Shown one piece after another: positions 1 to 8,355 of a DNA stretch of 64,000 nucleotides. Position 1 is the stretch's first letter. Every line of letters begins with the position of its first letter. Source of the stretch: an uncultured Candidatus Saccharibacteria bacterium (lineage in GTDB: Bacteria; Patescibacteriota; Minisyncoccia; Phycocordibacterales; UBA918); the NCBI GenBank assembly GCA_964643955.1, contig CAZXUO010000001.1, forward strand, positions 14,314 through 78,313. The letters are read 5' to 3'. A program made the position numbers and the translations under genes. The notes under the pieces were generated by a model, which was not told the DNA's origin, did not search any database, and saw only the letters and a list, made by a program, of their open reading frames with translations.

Positions 1-110
1 TGGTCAGATACAGAAACAGCATCCGGCGTACTACATGGAAAATATCCGTGCATACACTCTGCGTGCATCTGAGATATTTGGACAGACTATTTCGCCGATC
101 GTCGAATGAT

Positions 111-959
111 ATGTATGTACTTTTTGATATTGGGGGGACGAAAACCCGCGTCGCTGTCTCACGGGATCTCTCAGGTATTGATGCGATAGAAAAATTTGAT
201 ACGCCTTCTTTATATGCGGAGGGTGTTGCGGCAATCGGCGCGGCCGTCCGGAAGCTCGTCGGGGAGGAGCGAGTGCTCGGTGCCGCAGGAGGTATCCGGG
301 GTCGCCTGATGGACGGCCGCGCCGGACTCCTCAAAGACGATGTGCTTACCGACTGGCAAGAAAAGCCGCTTGCGAGAGACCTCGAACATATCGTGGGCGT
401 ATCGGTGATGCTTGAAAACGATGCGGCGCTTGCAGGACTTGGCGAGACACACTTTGGGGCCGGACGAGACTACCAGATTGTGGCGTACCACACCGTTTCA
501 ACTGGTGTAGGGGGTGCGCGTATTGTAAACGGGGAGGTTGATATATATCGGTCGGGCTTTGAGCCGGGGCATCAGATCATCGACTTTGATCGCACCATGT
601 GTCCAGAGTGCGAGAGTGGCGAGCTTGAAGACATCGTCTCAGGTACGGCGGTTGAGCGTCGGTTTGGAAAAAAGCCGTATGAGATACCGCAAGAAGACCC
701 GCTCTGGGACCAGCTCGCACGGATGCTTGCACACGGTCTCAAAAACACCATCGTCTACTGGTCGCCGGACGTGATCGTGCTCGGTGGCTCTATGATTGTG
801 GGCGACCCGCGGATACCGCGTGAGGCTATTGTCCGGCATACGGAGGAGCTTATCGACGGCCTTGTGCCGCTTCCGCCTATCGTAGACGCACAGTTTCGTG
901 ACGAAGGAGGCTTATATGGCGCACTCGCACTCCTCAAACGCCAAAAAGGGAGTGTATAA
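111..959 (+). CDS. ROK-family sugar kinase (glucokinase-like)
   Basis: N-terminal LFDIGGTKTRVAV phosphate-1 motif and the ROK zinc motif CPECESGELE. I moved the start to the internal ATG at 111 because the upstream extension (MHTLCVHLRY...) looks non-coding. Confidence 0.75.
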   Translation: MYVLFDIGGTKTRVAVSRDLSGIDAIEKFDTPSLYAEGVAAIGAAVRKLVGEERVLGAAGGIRGRLMDGRAGLLKDDVLTDWQEKPLARDLEHIVGVSVMLENDAALAGLGETHFGAGRDYQIVAYHTVSTGVGGARIVNGEVDIYRSGFEPGHQIIDFDRTMCPECESGELEDIVSGTAVERRFGKKPYEIPQEDPLWDQLARMLAHGLKNTIVYWSPDVIVLGGSMIVGDPRIPREAIVRHTEELIDGLVPLPPIVDAQFRDEGGLYGALALLKRQKGSV

Positions 960-1088
960 GCCTAAAAGGGGAGAGAGGTTTGCATAGACCGCATGTGATT
1001 TCGATGAATGCTGTCAAATCCTGTGGAAGTAGCGTCAAGTATTACACCAAACATAGGGGTAGGAAGGCAAGATTTTTGATACAAATAT

Positions 1089-1108
1089 GGCTCTATTGAG
1101 CCTTTTAA
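1089..1108 (+). terminator. Hairpin GGCTC-TATT-GAGCC followed by TTTTAATAAA; possible terminator downstream of the ROK gene
   Basis: Inverted repeat plus T-run read directly from the sequence. Confidence 0.35.
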
Positions 1109-1145
1109 TAAATCGTTGACAGGGAGCTAAAATGATTGGATAGTA

Positions 1146-1173
1146 TTGACAATATCTCAAGGTGTGCTATAAT
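1146..1173 (+). promoter_or_regulatory. Sigma-70-type promoter: TTGACA, 16-nt spacer, extended -10 TGcTATAAT
   Basis: TTGACA at 1146-1151 and TATAAT at 1168-1173 with an upstream TG; sits in an AT-rich intergenic region upstream of the 1257 gene. Confidence 0.6.
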
Positions 1174-1182
1174 ATAAGGGTA

Positions 1183-1206
1183 AATCGGTCGCAAGCCGAT
1201 TTTTTG
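1183..1206 (+). terminator. Hairpin AATCGG-tcgcaag-CCGATT plus TTTTT, lying between the promoter and the start codon; attenuator-like or 5' stem-loop
   Basis: 6-bp stem, 7-nt loop, followed by TTTTTG, located about 4-27 nt after the predicted transcription start. Confidence 0.4.
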
Positions 1207-1256
1207 TTAGTTAAGACCATTGGCTTATTTTAAGCACGATAGTCGCAGCAATTATT

Positions 1257-1658
1257 GTGGTTTCTTCCGCTACGGCAGTACCAGAGACCGCATACGGGCA
1301 CATTGAAATGAAGAACGAGCAGGTGACCCTTGCTACGAACGATACGAGCGCTACTGAGGAGGCTGTGCGTGAATATTTTAAAGATATTCCTGTCATGGTC
1401 CAGGTTGCACGTTGTGAGTCGACCTTTCGACACACGCTTGCAGACGGTACCGTGCTCCGTGGAGTTGTAGACAAGGCTGACACCGGCGTTATGCAGATCA
1501 ATACCCGCTACCATGCCGCTACGGCTGAAAAGCTTGGTCTTGATCTCCTCGATCTCGAGGACAACATGGCATACGCACGCCATCTCTATGAGACCCAGGG
1601 TACAAAGCCTTGGAAGGCGTCGGCTCCATGTTGGGACAAATCGCTTGCTCGTATCTAA
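1257..1658 (+). CDS. Lytic transglycosylase-like protein (SLT/IagB-type lysozyme-like domain), no signal peptide
   Basis: Catalytic-region pattern ARCESTFRH ... DTGVMQIN matches the E-S ... G-(L/V)-M-Q-I-N signature of SLT family 1 / IagB. GTG start. Confidence 0.55.
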   Translation: MVSSATAVPETAYGHIEMKNEQVTLATNDTSATEEAVREYFKDIPVMVQVARCESTFRHTLADGTVLRGVVDKADTGVMQINTRYHAATAEKLGLDLLDLEDNMAYARHLYETQGTKPWKASAPCWDKSLARI

Positions 1659-1683
1659 AGCCCACTCCAAAAGAACTTAGACC

Positions 1684-1711
1684 AAAAAGCACCGCCTCGG
1701 CGGTGCTTTTT
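1684..1711. terminator. Bidirectional intrinsic terminator AAAAAGCACCGCC-tcg-GGCGGTGCTTTTT
   Basis: Perfect inverted repeat flanked by an A-run and a T-run, between convergent genes ending at 1658 (+) and 1735 (-). Confidence 0.7.
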
Positions 1712-1734
1712 GCGTATCTTGGTAAAACGTTGGT

Positions 1735-2109
1735 CTAGCTAACGAGGCGGTGTGAGCCAGCTCCGCATTTGTAGACGTAGAGGAGACCTCCGAGGATTGC
1801 GAGGTTCTTGAGCATTGCTCCCAGCTGATCACCGAAGTTGTTGTGGACGAGTACGATGGTAAAAATGATGAATACCATGAGAGCGAGCGATGCGTAACGC
1901 ACGTTCCATCCTGCGATGAGTGCTGCACCACCACCGATCTTTACCACAGCGACTGCGGCAGCTAAAAGAGAAGCCATCGGGAGACCCATTGATTCGAGCA
2001 TGCCGGCAAAGCCCTCAAAGCCCATGACTACCTGGATGCCGGTCACGAGGAAGAGGAGACCGATAAGCACTCGACCGATCAACATTGCGTATGTATCAAG
2101 TAGACTCAT
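1735..2109 (-). CDS. DoxX-family small membrane protein
   Basis: Four predicted TM helices and a DoxX-like pattern (LIGRVLIGLLFLVTG ... GGAALIAG). Confidence 0.65.
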   Translation of the reverse strand: MSLLDTYAMLIGRVLIGLLFLVTGIQVVMGFEGFAGMLESMGLPMASLLAAAVAVVKIGGGAALIAGWNVRYASLALMVFIIFTIVLVHNNFGDQLGAMLKNLAILGGLLYVYKCGAGSHRLVS

Positions 2110-2197
2110 ATAAATATATTAATATTACTAACCCGTCTGTTTCATTATATCAGCGATGAGCGACTGATGAAGGCGGGAGAGGGTAGATGGTAGAATA

Positions 2198-2659
2198 GTG
2201 GGAATGCAGTACTGGCTCGTAAAAAGTGAACCCTCTTCGTACTCGATTGACGACCTGATGCAGGATAAAAAGACGGCGTGGACAGGCGTCAGAAATTATC
2301 AGGCGCGCAACTTTATGCGTGACGAGATGCGAGTGGGGGATGCTGTGCTTTTCTATCACTCAAATGCAGATCCTGCCGGAGTCGCAGGTATTGCGAAGGT
2401 CGCTTCAGGAGCATATCCCGACCCGACGGCTTTTGATACAAAGAGTGATTATTACGACGAGAAATCGAAGAAAGAAAATCCACGCTGGCTGCTCGTCGAT
2501 ATTGCGTTTGTGAAGAAATTTAAGGAAGTTATTCCGCTTTCGGATCTCAGAAAGGAAAAAGCACTTGCGAAGATGCGCCTACTTGAGCCGGGACAACGGC
2601 TTTCGGTGATGCCAGTGACAAAGGAAGAGTTTGAGCACATTATCAGTATGACTCGATAA
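2198..2659 (+). CDS. EVE-domain (PUA-like) protein
   Basis: YWLVKSEP ... WTGVRNYQARNFMRDEMRVGD is the EVE-domain signature. Confidence 0.75.
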   Translation: MGMQYWLVKSEPSSYSIDDLMQDKKTAWTGVRNYQARNFMRDEMRVGDAVLFYHSNADPAGVAGIAKVASGAYPDPTAFDTKSDYYDEKSKKENPRWLLVDIAFVKKFKEVIPLSDLRKEKALAKMRLLEPGQRLSVMPVTKEEFEHIISMTR

Positions 2660-2664
2660 GAAAT

Positions 2665-2901
2665 ATGCAGGACATCGTCATTGGGGGAATCTATGAACAC
2701 TACAAAGGGAAACGATACAAGGTAATCGCACTTGGAAGGGACAGTGATACACTTGAGGATGTTGTAATTTATGAGGGGCAGTACGATTCTGAAGAATTCG
2801 GTAATAATCCTGTGTGGGTACGTCCTGTTGTCGAGTTTGTCGAACACGTAGTTGTCGGCGGAGTAGAGCAGCTACGATTTAGATTCATAGAAAAACAATA
2901 A
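2665..2901 (+). CDS. DUF1653-family small protein
   Basis: YEHYKGKRYKV ... SDTLEDVVIYEGQY ... VWVRP pattern typical of DUF1653. Confidence 0.6.
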   Translation: MQDIVIGGIYEHYKGKRYKVIALGRDSDTLEDVVIYEGQYDSEEFGNNPVWVRPVVEFVEHVVVGGVEQLRFRFIEKQ

Positions 2902-2920
2902 AGGCCCCGTCGGGGCCTTT
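2900..2920. terminator. Bidirectional terminator AAAGGCCCC-gtc-GGGGCCTTT
   Basis: Perfect 8-bp GC-rich stem flanked by A/T runs, between convergent genes. Confidence 0.7.
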
Positions 2921-2946
2921 ATTGTTTTATAGAGCAAAATCAGAGA

Positions 2947-3813
2947 TTACTCTGGCTCACCGACAGAATCATCGTTGTGGTTTGTCCACGCAACGCACTG
3001 TCCCTGATTTTTGAACGTTGGGTTGTTGAATGTCATCCAACCGCCTTTCTTACATTCGTCTTTGTTTGAAGGCGAAGTGAGGACTTCAGGTTCTTCAAAT
3101 TCAAAGTCGTAGGTGTCGCTGTTGATAGTGAGGGCGTCAACGTTACCATCGAAGCCTCCTGTCCATCCACCACCAGCCTTGAGTACTACAGCACCGAGCG
3201 TATTGTGTACGCCTGCATTAGGGAATTCTGCGAGAACTTCAGCCCATGTGCATGGTGTTGCCATCGTGCAGCCTGAGTCTGCTGCAAGGGTGCCGTTTGA
3301 GAACCACCAGTTTCCGGTACCAGTACCAGCTGCATCATTCTGCGTATCCCATGTCTGCCATTCGCCAGTCGTGACGGTCTGTGTGTGGTACGGTTCGTAC
3401 ACGAGACGTCCTTGCCACGCGTTATTTTCGTCTGTTACGTCGCTATCAATGTTGAGCTGGAGAGCGATTGCGAGCGCATCACCGCCTGATGTGCGGTAAG
3501 TGCTGTACTCGAGCTCATTGATGTCGGCGAGTTTGGTACCACCGTATCCAGCTTTTGCAATAATCTCACCGCCGGTGCTATCGACGACGAGTTGTGCGCT
3601 CCCTGTTCCCGATGGGGGAGTTTCAGGACCATTGACGAGTGCGCCTGAGCCAGTCGCGGTTTCTTGTGCGAATGCCCAGCCGTCCATATCGCCAGGATGC
3701 ACTACGGTTGTTGCTGCGTGCGTAGTGAACGGTAGTAAAATAAACGAAGCTGCGACCATGATCGCAGCTAGTGTAGTAATACTTGTTTGGATTTTTTGTG
3801 TCGTATGTACCAT
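2947..3813 (-). CDS. Secreted hypothetical protein with signal peptide, G/T/S-rich, C-terminal Cys pair
   Basis: N-terminal hydrophobic stretch ending AATTVV, no recognisable catalytic motif, C-terminal CKKGGW ... CVAW. Confidence 0.55.
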   Translation of the reverse strand: MVHTTQKIQTSITTLAAIMVAASFILLPFTTHAATTVVHPGDMDGWAFAQETATGSGALVNGPETPPSGTGSAQLVVDSTGGEIIAKAGYGGTKLADINELEYSTYRTSGGDALAIALQLNIDSDVTDENNAWQGRLVYEPYHTQTVTTGEWQTWDTQNDAAGTGTGNWWFSNGTLAADSGCTMATPCTWAEVLAEFPNAGVHNTLGAVVLKAGGGWTGGFDGNVDALTINSDTYDFEFEEPEVLTSPSNKDECKKGGWMTFNNPTFKNQGQCVAWTNHNDDSVGEPE

Positions 3814-3918
3814 AGAATTAAGATTATTGGCTAAGATAGGCGGATTGGGAAATAAAGAGTCCGCCAGATGGTAAGTATACCACTCATACTGAGCGGAGAG
3901 TGTTATAATGAAGAGAAT

Positions 3919-4344
3919 ATGACGGAAGACATACAGCGACCTAAGGTTGGAATTGGACTCTTTGTTTTTCGAGAGGGGAAGGTGCTACTCGGTAAGCGCA
4001 TGGGTGCGCATGGCGCAGATCTCTACAGCGGCCCCGGAGGACACCTCGAGCATCTTGAATCATTTGAGGAGTGTGCAAGACGTGAGGCGATGGAAGAGGC
4101 AGGTATTGAAATAGAGAACGTGCGTTTTCTCTGTGTCAGTAATTTTAAAACTCATGCGCCAAAGCACTACGTCGACATCGGTCTTGTTGCCGATTGGAAA
4201 AGTGGCGAGCCTGAAGTCCGCGAGCCAGAAAAGTGTGCGGGCTGGGATTGGTATGCACTCGAAGATCCCCCTACTCCGCTTTTTGGTGTTGTTGAAAATT
4301 ATGTTGCGGCGCTTAAGACGGGAGAGAAGTATTTTGATGCATAA
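3919..4344 (+). CDS. NUDIX hydrolase
   Basis: Nudix box GGHLEHLESFEECARREAMEEAGIEI. Start moved to the ATG at 3919 (MTEDIQRPK); the track start at 3868 is an alternative. Confidence 0.7.
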   Translation: MTEDIQRPKVGIGLFVFREGKVLLGKRMGAHGADLYSGPGGHLEHLESFEECARREAMEEAGIEIENVRFLCVSNFKTHAPKHYVDIGLVADWKSGEPEVREPEKCAGWDWYALEDPPTPLFGVVENYVAALKTGEKYFDA

Positions 4345-4348
4345 AGGG

Positions 4349-4377
4349 TAGACATTCTTTTCATAATTGAGTATAGT
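4349..4377 (+). promoter_or_regulatory. Putative promoter TAGACA, 17-nt spacer, TATAGT
   Basis: Hexamers read from the sequence upstream of the strong RBS AGGAGG at 4426-4431. Confidence 0.4.
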
Positions 4378-4437
4378 CCGGCTAGGTTTTTGTTCGTAAC
4401 ATCTATGGGCGTACACGCGCTCGGAAGGAGGGTGAGA

Positions 4438-4821
4438 ATGTCGGTTATCACAAAGATTTCACATGCTCCTTCGATCCCGTGGATCGTTCGGAGAATGAGT
4501 GAGATGTGGGAGTATCTCTGGAGGTGGTGGTACAAGCTGCCGCTTGAGTTCGAATCGGTTGGTCCGGACGCGGGCACTGCGATCGGCAAACCATTTCGTG
4601 TCGCACTCAGGCTCTTCTATGATCAGTACCGCATTCACGTGGTGCTGACGAGGCATGTTCTTTTGTGGGGTAAGCGAATCACTGCCTTCAGTATTGTGGA
4701 ATGGCAGTATGAAGGCACAGGCAAGGACGCCGTCGTCTTTATGGTGATTCAGCCATGCCGCCGCATTACTCTACGGGACATGCTGACTGACAACAGCAAG
4801 GAGGAAAGGGCCGCTTCGTAG
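4438..4821 (+). CDS. Stand-alone hypothetical protein (about 127 aa, Trp-rich: MWEYLWRWWYKLP)
   Basis: Strong RBS GGAAGGAGGGTG 7 nt before the ATG at 4438; the track start at 4390 is a TTG with no RBS. No recognisable domain. Confidence 0.5.
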   Translation: MSVITKISHAPSIPWIVRRMSEMWEYLWRWWYKLPLEFESVGPDAGTAIGKPFRVALRLFYDQYRIHVVLTRHVLLWGKRITAFSIVEWQYEGTGKDAVVFMVIQPCRRITLRDMLTDNSKEERAAS

Positions 4822-4835
4822 CTACGAAGCGGCCC
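4808..4835 (+). terminator. Perfect 28-nt palindrome GGGCCGCTTCGTAGCTACGAAGCGGCCC spanning the stop codon; hairpin terminator or operator
   Basis: Fully self-complementary with no downstream T-tract; lies 10 nt before the next ATG. Confidence 0.4.
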
Positions 4836-4843
4836 GTGTTAGT

Positions 4844-5464
4844 ATGATGGCCATGGATTTGAAAGATACCTACAACAAGATTGCCGAAGATTGGCATAAG
4901 GATCATACACAGGATGATTGGTGGGTCGATGGAACGCTAAAGTTTATTTCACTTGTTGGTGTTGGTAAAGAGGTACTGGATGTCGGCTGCGGAGCAGGTA
5001 CGAAGTCAAAGTTTTTGAAAGAAAACGGTCTTTCCGTCACAGGTATCGATTTTTCAGAGAAAATGATTGAAATTGCTAAACGTGAAAATCCAGATATTTC
5101 ATTTGAGGTTCTCGATATGCGTGACGTTGAAAAACTTGAAGGTATGTATGATGGAATATTTATACAAGCAGCGCTCCTCCATATTCCGCATCACGCCGCC
5201 GCCGATGTCGTGCGAAAAATTTCTACAAAATTGAGAACGGGCGGATATATGTATATCGCAGTCAAAGAGCGCTACCCCGGTAGGGTAGCAGAGGAAATAA
5301 AAGTCGAAGATGATTACGGATATTCGTACGAGCGATTTTTTAGCTACTACTCGGTAGGGGACCTTGAAGGGTATTTTAAAGATTCTGGGTTTGAAATTGT
5401 GTATGAAGAAACTACAGGAGAAGAGAAAAAGAAATGGATTCAGATGATTGGGAAGAAGATGTAA
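4844..5464 (+). CDS. Class I SAM-dependent methyltransferase (small-molecule type)
   Basis: Motif I VLDVGCGAGTKS; no DNA-methyltransferase DPPY/NPPY motif. Gene is AT-rich. Confidence 0.8.
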   Translation: MMAMDLKDTYNKIAEDWHKDHTQDDWWVDGTLKFISLVGVGKEVLDVGCGAGTKSKFLKENGLSVTGIDFSEKMIEIAKRENPDISFEVLDMRDVEKLEGMYDGIFIQAALLHIPHHAAADVVRKISTKLRTGGYMYIAVKERYPGRVAEEIKVEDDYGYSYERFFSYYSVGDLEGYFKDSGFEIVYEETTGEEKKKWIQMIGKKM

Positions 5465-5491
5465 TTACGTAGTCTTATTTGTTGGATAGAG

Positions 5492-5519
5492 AAAGCCTCA
5501 TGGGGAATGGGGCTTTTTT
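5492..5519 (+). terminator. Intrinsic terminator (imperfect hairpin AAAGCC ... GGCTTT plus TTTTTTG)
   Basis: Read from the sequence after the methyltransferase stop. Confidence 0.5.
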
Positions 5520-5626
5520 GTATTGGGAGCTTTATTCCTATATGTCGCACAATATATCTTTTACGACATAGCCTAAGGCGGAATAACGGGGCCAAAAGCC
5601 CCGTAGACCTGATCATGTATTCACTT

Positions 5627-6964
5627 CTATGCTGCCGGTAGATACAACATTGGATCAAGATATGCGTCAGGTGCTGCAACGGGCGTGGTTGCTGCGCCAC
5701 AACTTGTCACCGTTTTTATGTCGCTAAATTTGCGTACGCTGACACCTTCTTTTGCATAGACGGTGAAGTGTAGATGCGGACCGGTTGAGTATCCGGTGTT
5801 GCCAGAAAATCCAATCGTCTCCCCTGTTCCCACGGATTGGCCGGGGGAGACGCTGATCACATCTTGGTGCGCATAGAGTGTTGAGAGACCATTTGCGTGA
5901 TCGATGAGTGTCCATTTGCCCCATGAGTAGCAGCCAGGAACTGCGTCAGTGTTACCAGTCGCGCGGACGACGCCTGCAAGTGGCGCCATGATCTTTGTGC
6001 CGCGTGGCGTACCAAAGTCGACGCCGGGATGGTATGGGCGGCCTGCGTAGACACTCGCATTTTGTTTTGCGAATTCGGTACCGCCGAAATACTGCGTAAT
6101 GCGGATAGATTCAAGCGGCCAGCGGAATACTGCCGTACCTGCAGTCGGGATGGTCGTAGGATCGAGCACGAACTTCAACTTTGCTTCGAAGTCGCGAAGC
6201 TCTTTGAGGATCTGTTCTTGTGCAGCTTTCTTTTCAGCGAGAAGCTTTTGGTAGTTCGCTTCTTCATTTTTTGTCTTTGTAAGAAGCTCGTTTTTTTCAC
6301 TTTTGTTGACCTCGAGTACTTCTTGTTGACCCTCGTATTGCGTCTTGAGATCAACGAGACTTTCGCGCTTTACGCGATTCTCACCCACCTTTTCTTCAAG
6401 AATGGTTTGAAGTTCGGCAAGATCGACGACTTTGCTTCCGAGTACTTCACGTACTTGAGCGAGTTCGTCGAGCGTAGCCCAGAAGTCAGAAATGTTTTCG
6501 TGACTCAAGAGTGTTTCGATCATCGAGGTGTCATCTATCTCATAGCTGCGGCGGAGGATTTCTCCGATCGCATTTTTGTTTTCAGAAATGTCGTCCTCAG
6601 TCTGGTCGATTTCGAGATTGAGCTTTTGGATCTCGAGATCAGTTGCACCAATTCTATTTTGCGTATAACTGATGTCTCCCGATATCTTTTTTCGCTCGAG
6701 TTCGAGCTGGTTGATCGCTTTTTGGAGCGTGTTCTTTTCCCCACCGACTTTTTGCAATTCAGCCTGGAACTTTGCGATCTCAGCTTCTATTTCTTTGAGA
6801 CGATCGTTGCGGTCGATGATCTCGTCACGGATGCGGTCAACTTCTGCCGATACATCGGATGTCGTTTGCGCAAAGAGCGGTGTTTCGTAATCGAGAAAAA
6901 GCGCGCTCTGCATCACCAGACCGCCAACAAGAACACCTATGGAGAATGAACGACGAATGCCCAT
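5627..6964 (-). CDS. M23 family metallopeptidase with N-terminal coiled-coil (EnvC-like murein hydrolase activator)
   Basis: Signal/TM at the N-terminus, long heptad-rich region, C-terminal M23 motifs (HPGVDF ... GNTGYSTGPHLHF). Its start overlaps the gltX stop (TAATG). Confidence 0.8.
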   Translation of the reverse strand: MGIRRSFSIGVLVGGLVMQSALFLDYETPLFAQTTSDVSAEVDRIRDEIIDRNDRLKEIEAEIAKFQAELQKVGGEKNTLQKAINQLELERKKISGDISYTQNRIGATDLEIQKLNLEIDQTEDDISENKNAIGEILRRSYEIDDTSMIETLLSHENISDFWATLDELAQVREVLGSKVVDLAELQTILEEKVGENRVKRESLVDLKTQYEGQQEVLEVNKSEKNELLTKTKNEEANYQKLLAEKKAAQEQILKELRDFEAKLKFVLDPTTIPTAGTAVFRWPLESIRITQYFGGTEFAKQNASVYAGRPYHPGVDFGTPRGTKIMAPLAGVVRATGNTDAVPGCYSWGKWTLIDHANGLSTLYAHQDVISVSPGQSVGTGETIGFSGNTGYSTGPHLHFTVYAKEGVSVRKFSDIKTVTSCGAATTPVAAPDAYLDPMLYLPAA

Positions 6965-8343
6965 TACCCCTCAATTGTAGCACAGGCACTTTCTATGCGT
7001 TTTGTGGCTTCAGCAATACCTAAAATGTATATAAGGGTGAATGGATCGGGGGACTTTTCTTTTCCGGAGAGGGCAACGCGGAGCGGCCACAGGACCTCGC
7101 CCTTCCCTACTTCTTCAGCATACGGAAAAAGGACTGATCGAATCATTTCGATGTCTGCGTGTTCTGGAAGCGGAGTGATAAGCTCGAGCAGCTTTTTGAG
7201 ACGTGGAAGTGCGTCTTTTGGAGACGTATCTTTTTTCCAAGCGAGAATATCTGCGGATGGCGTTGGTGCGAAAAATGCATAGTCGTACTCGCCGTTTTCA
7301 GCATCAAGGGTGATGTCAGAAAAAATGCTGACGCGTTCACGGAGCGTCGGAAGCATGCGAATAAATCGCTCTTTCATCATCTCGTCAGCAGCGTTTCCTG
7401 ATACGAGTGACGCAAGATTTTCCGGCAGTCGCGTGGTCACTTCTTTGAGGAAATCATCGTCAGACATGCGCTTTGCGTGCTCGCGGTTAAACCACGTGAG
7501 TTTTTCGGTATTGAAAATAGCGCCGCCTTTTTGCACACCTGAAAGTACAAAACGTTCGGAAAGCTCTGCGAGGGTAAATACCTCTTCGTCGGTTCCGGGA
7601 TTCCAGCCGAGGAGTCCGAGATAGTTGATGATTGCTTCTTTGAGATAGCCTGCCTTGCGGTATTCGTTGAGTGAGACGGCACCATGGCGCTTGGAGAGCT
7701 TTGAGCGATCGGGCGCGAGGATGAGCGGAAGATGTGCATAGATTGGACGCGGTGCACCGAGCGCTTCTTGAATGAGGATTTGGCGCGGTGTATTTGAGAT
7801 ATGATCTTCGCCACGAATGACGTGCGTAACGCCCATATCAAAATCATCTGCGACAACAGCGAAGTGATAGAGCGGATCGTCAATCGCGCGTGCAATGATC
7901 ATGTCGCCGAGCTCGGTAGTATCAAACGTAATTTCGCCGCGGATTTCGTCGGTAAAGGTGATGGAGCGACCCGGATTTTTAAGACGGACGAGTTCAACCA
8001 TTTCCCCGGGGTTTTGTTTGCTTTCTTCTTTCGAAATGTACGCACTTCCCTCCTCTACAAGCTGCTCGAGATATTTTTTGTGAATTGGTGCACGTTCTGA
8101 TTGGCGCGCAAATACATCGTGTGTGAGGCCGAGCCATGCAAGACCTTCGAGAATCTCGTCTTCAAACTCCTTTGTGCTGCGCGTACGGTCAGTATCTTCA
8201 GTACGGATGATAAAAGTACCTCCCTCTTTCCGAGCAAAGAGATAGTTAAAAAGTGCGGTACGAGCAGTACCGATGTGGAGATGGCCGGTCGGGCTGGGAG
8301 CAATACGGGTTACGACCGGTTTTTTGGCTGTATCTTCGCTCAT
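6964..8343 (-). CDS. gltX: Glutamate--tRNA ligase
   Basis: APSPTGHLHIGTARTALFNYLFAR (HIGH motif) and KLSKR (KMSKS motif). Confidence 0.9.
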   Translation of the reverse strand: MSEDTAKKPVVTRIAPSPTGHLHIGTARTALFNYLFARKEGGTFIIRTEDTDRTRSTKEFEDEILEGLAWLGLTHDVFARQSERAPIHKKYLEQLVEEGSAYISKEESKQNPGEMVELVRLKNPGRSITFTDEIRGEITFDTTELGDMIIARAIDDPLYHFAVVADDFDMGVTHVIRGEDHISNTPRQILIQEALGAPRPIYAHLPLILAPDRSKLSKRHGAVSLNEYRKAGYLKEAIINYLGLLGWNPGTDEEVFTLAELSERFVLSGVQKGGAIFNTEKLTWFNREHAKRMSDDDFLKEVTTRLPENLASLVSGNAADEMMKERFIRMLPTLRERVSIFSDITLDAENGEYDYAFFAPTPSADILAWKKDTSPKDALPRLKKLLELITPLPEHADIEMIRSVLFPYAEEVGKGEVLWPLRVALSGKEKSPDPFTLIYILGIAEATKRIESACATIEG

Positions 8344-8355
8344 GTGTAAGAGATA

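Noticed and set aside
31-234. 67-aa minus-strand ORF at the window start
   Set aside because: It overlaps the ROK kinase start region, has no motif and no RBS, and is probably spurious.
4808-4835. 28-nt palindrome as a mobile-element terminal inverted repeat
   Set aside because: It is a single copy in the window, sits exactly on a stop codon, and has no second copy or transposase. A hairpin terminator or operator is the simpler explanation.
6029-6949. 306-aa plus-strand ORF
   Set aside because: It is antisense to the coiled-coil region of the M23 peptidase gene. The protein is low-complexity and F/L-rich with no RBS, so it is a shadow ORF.
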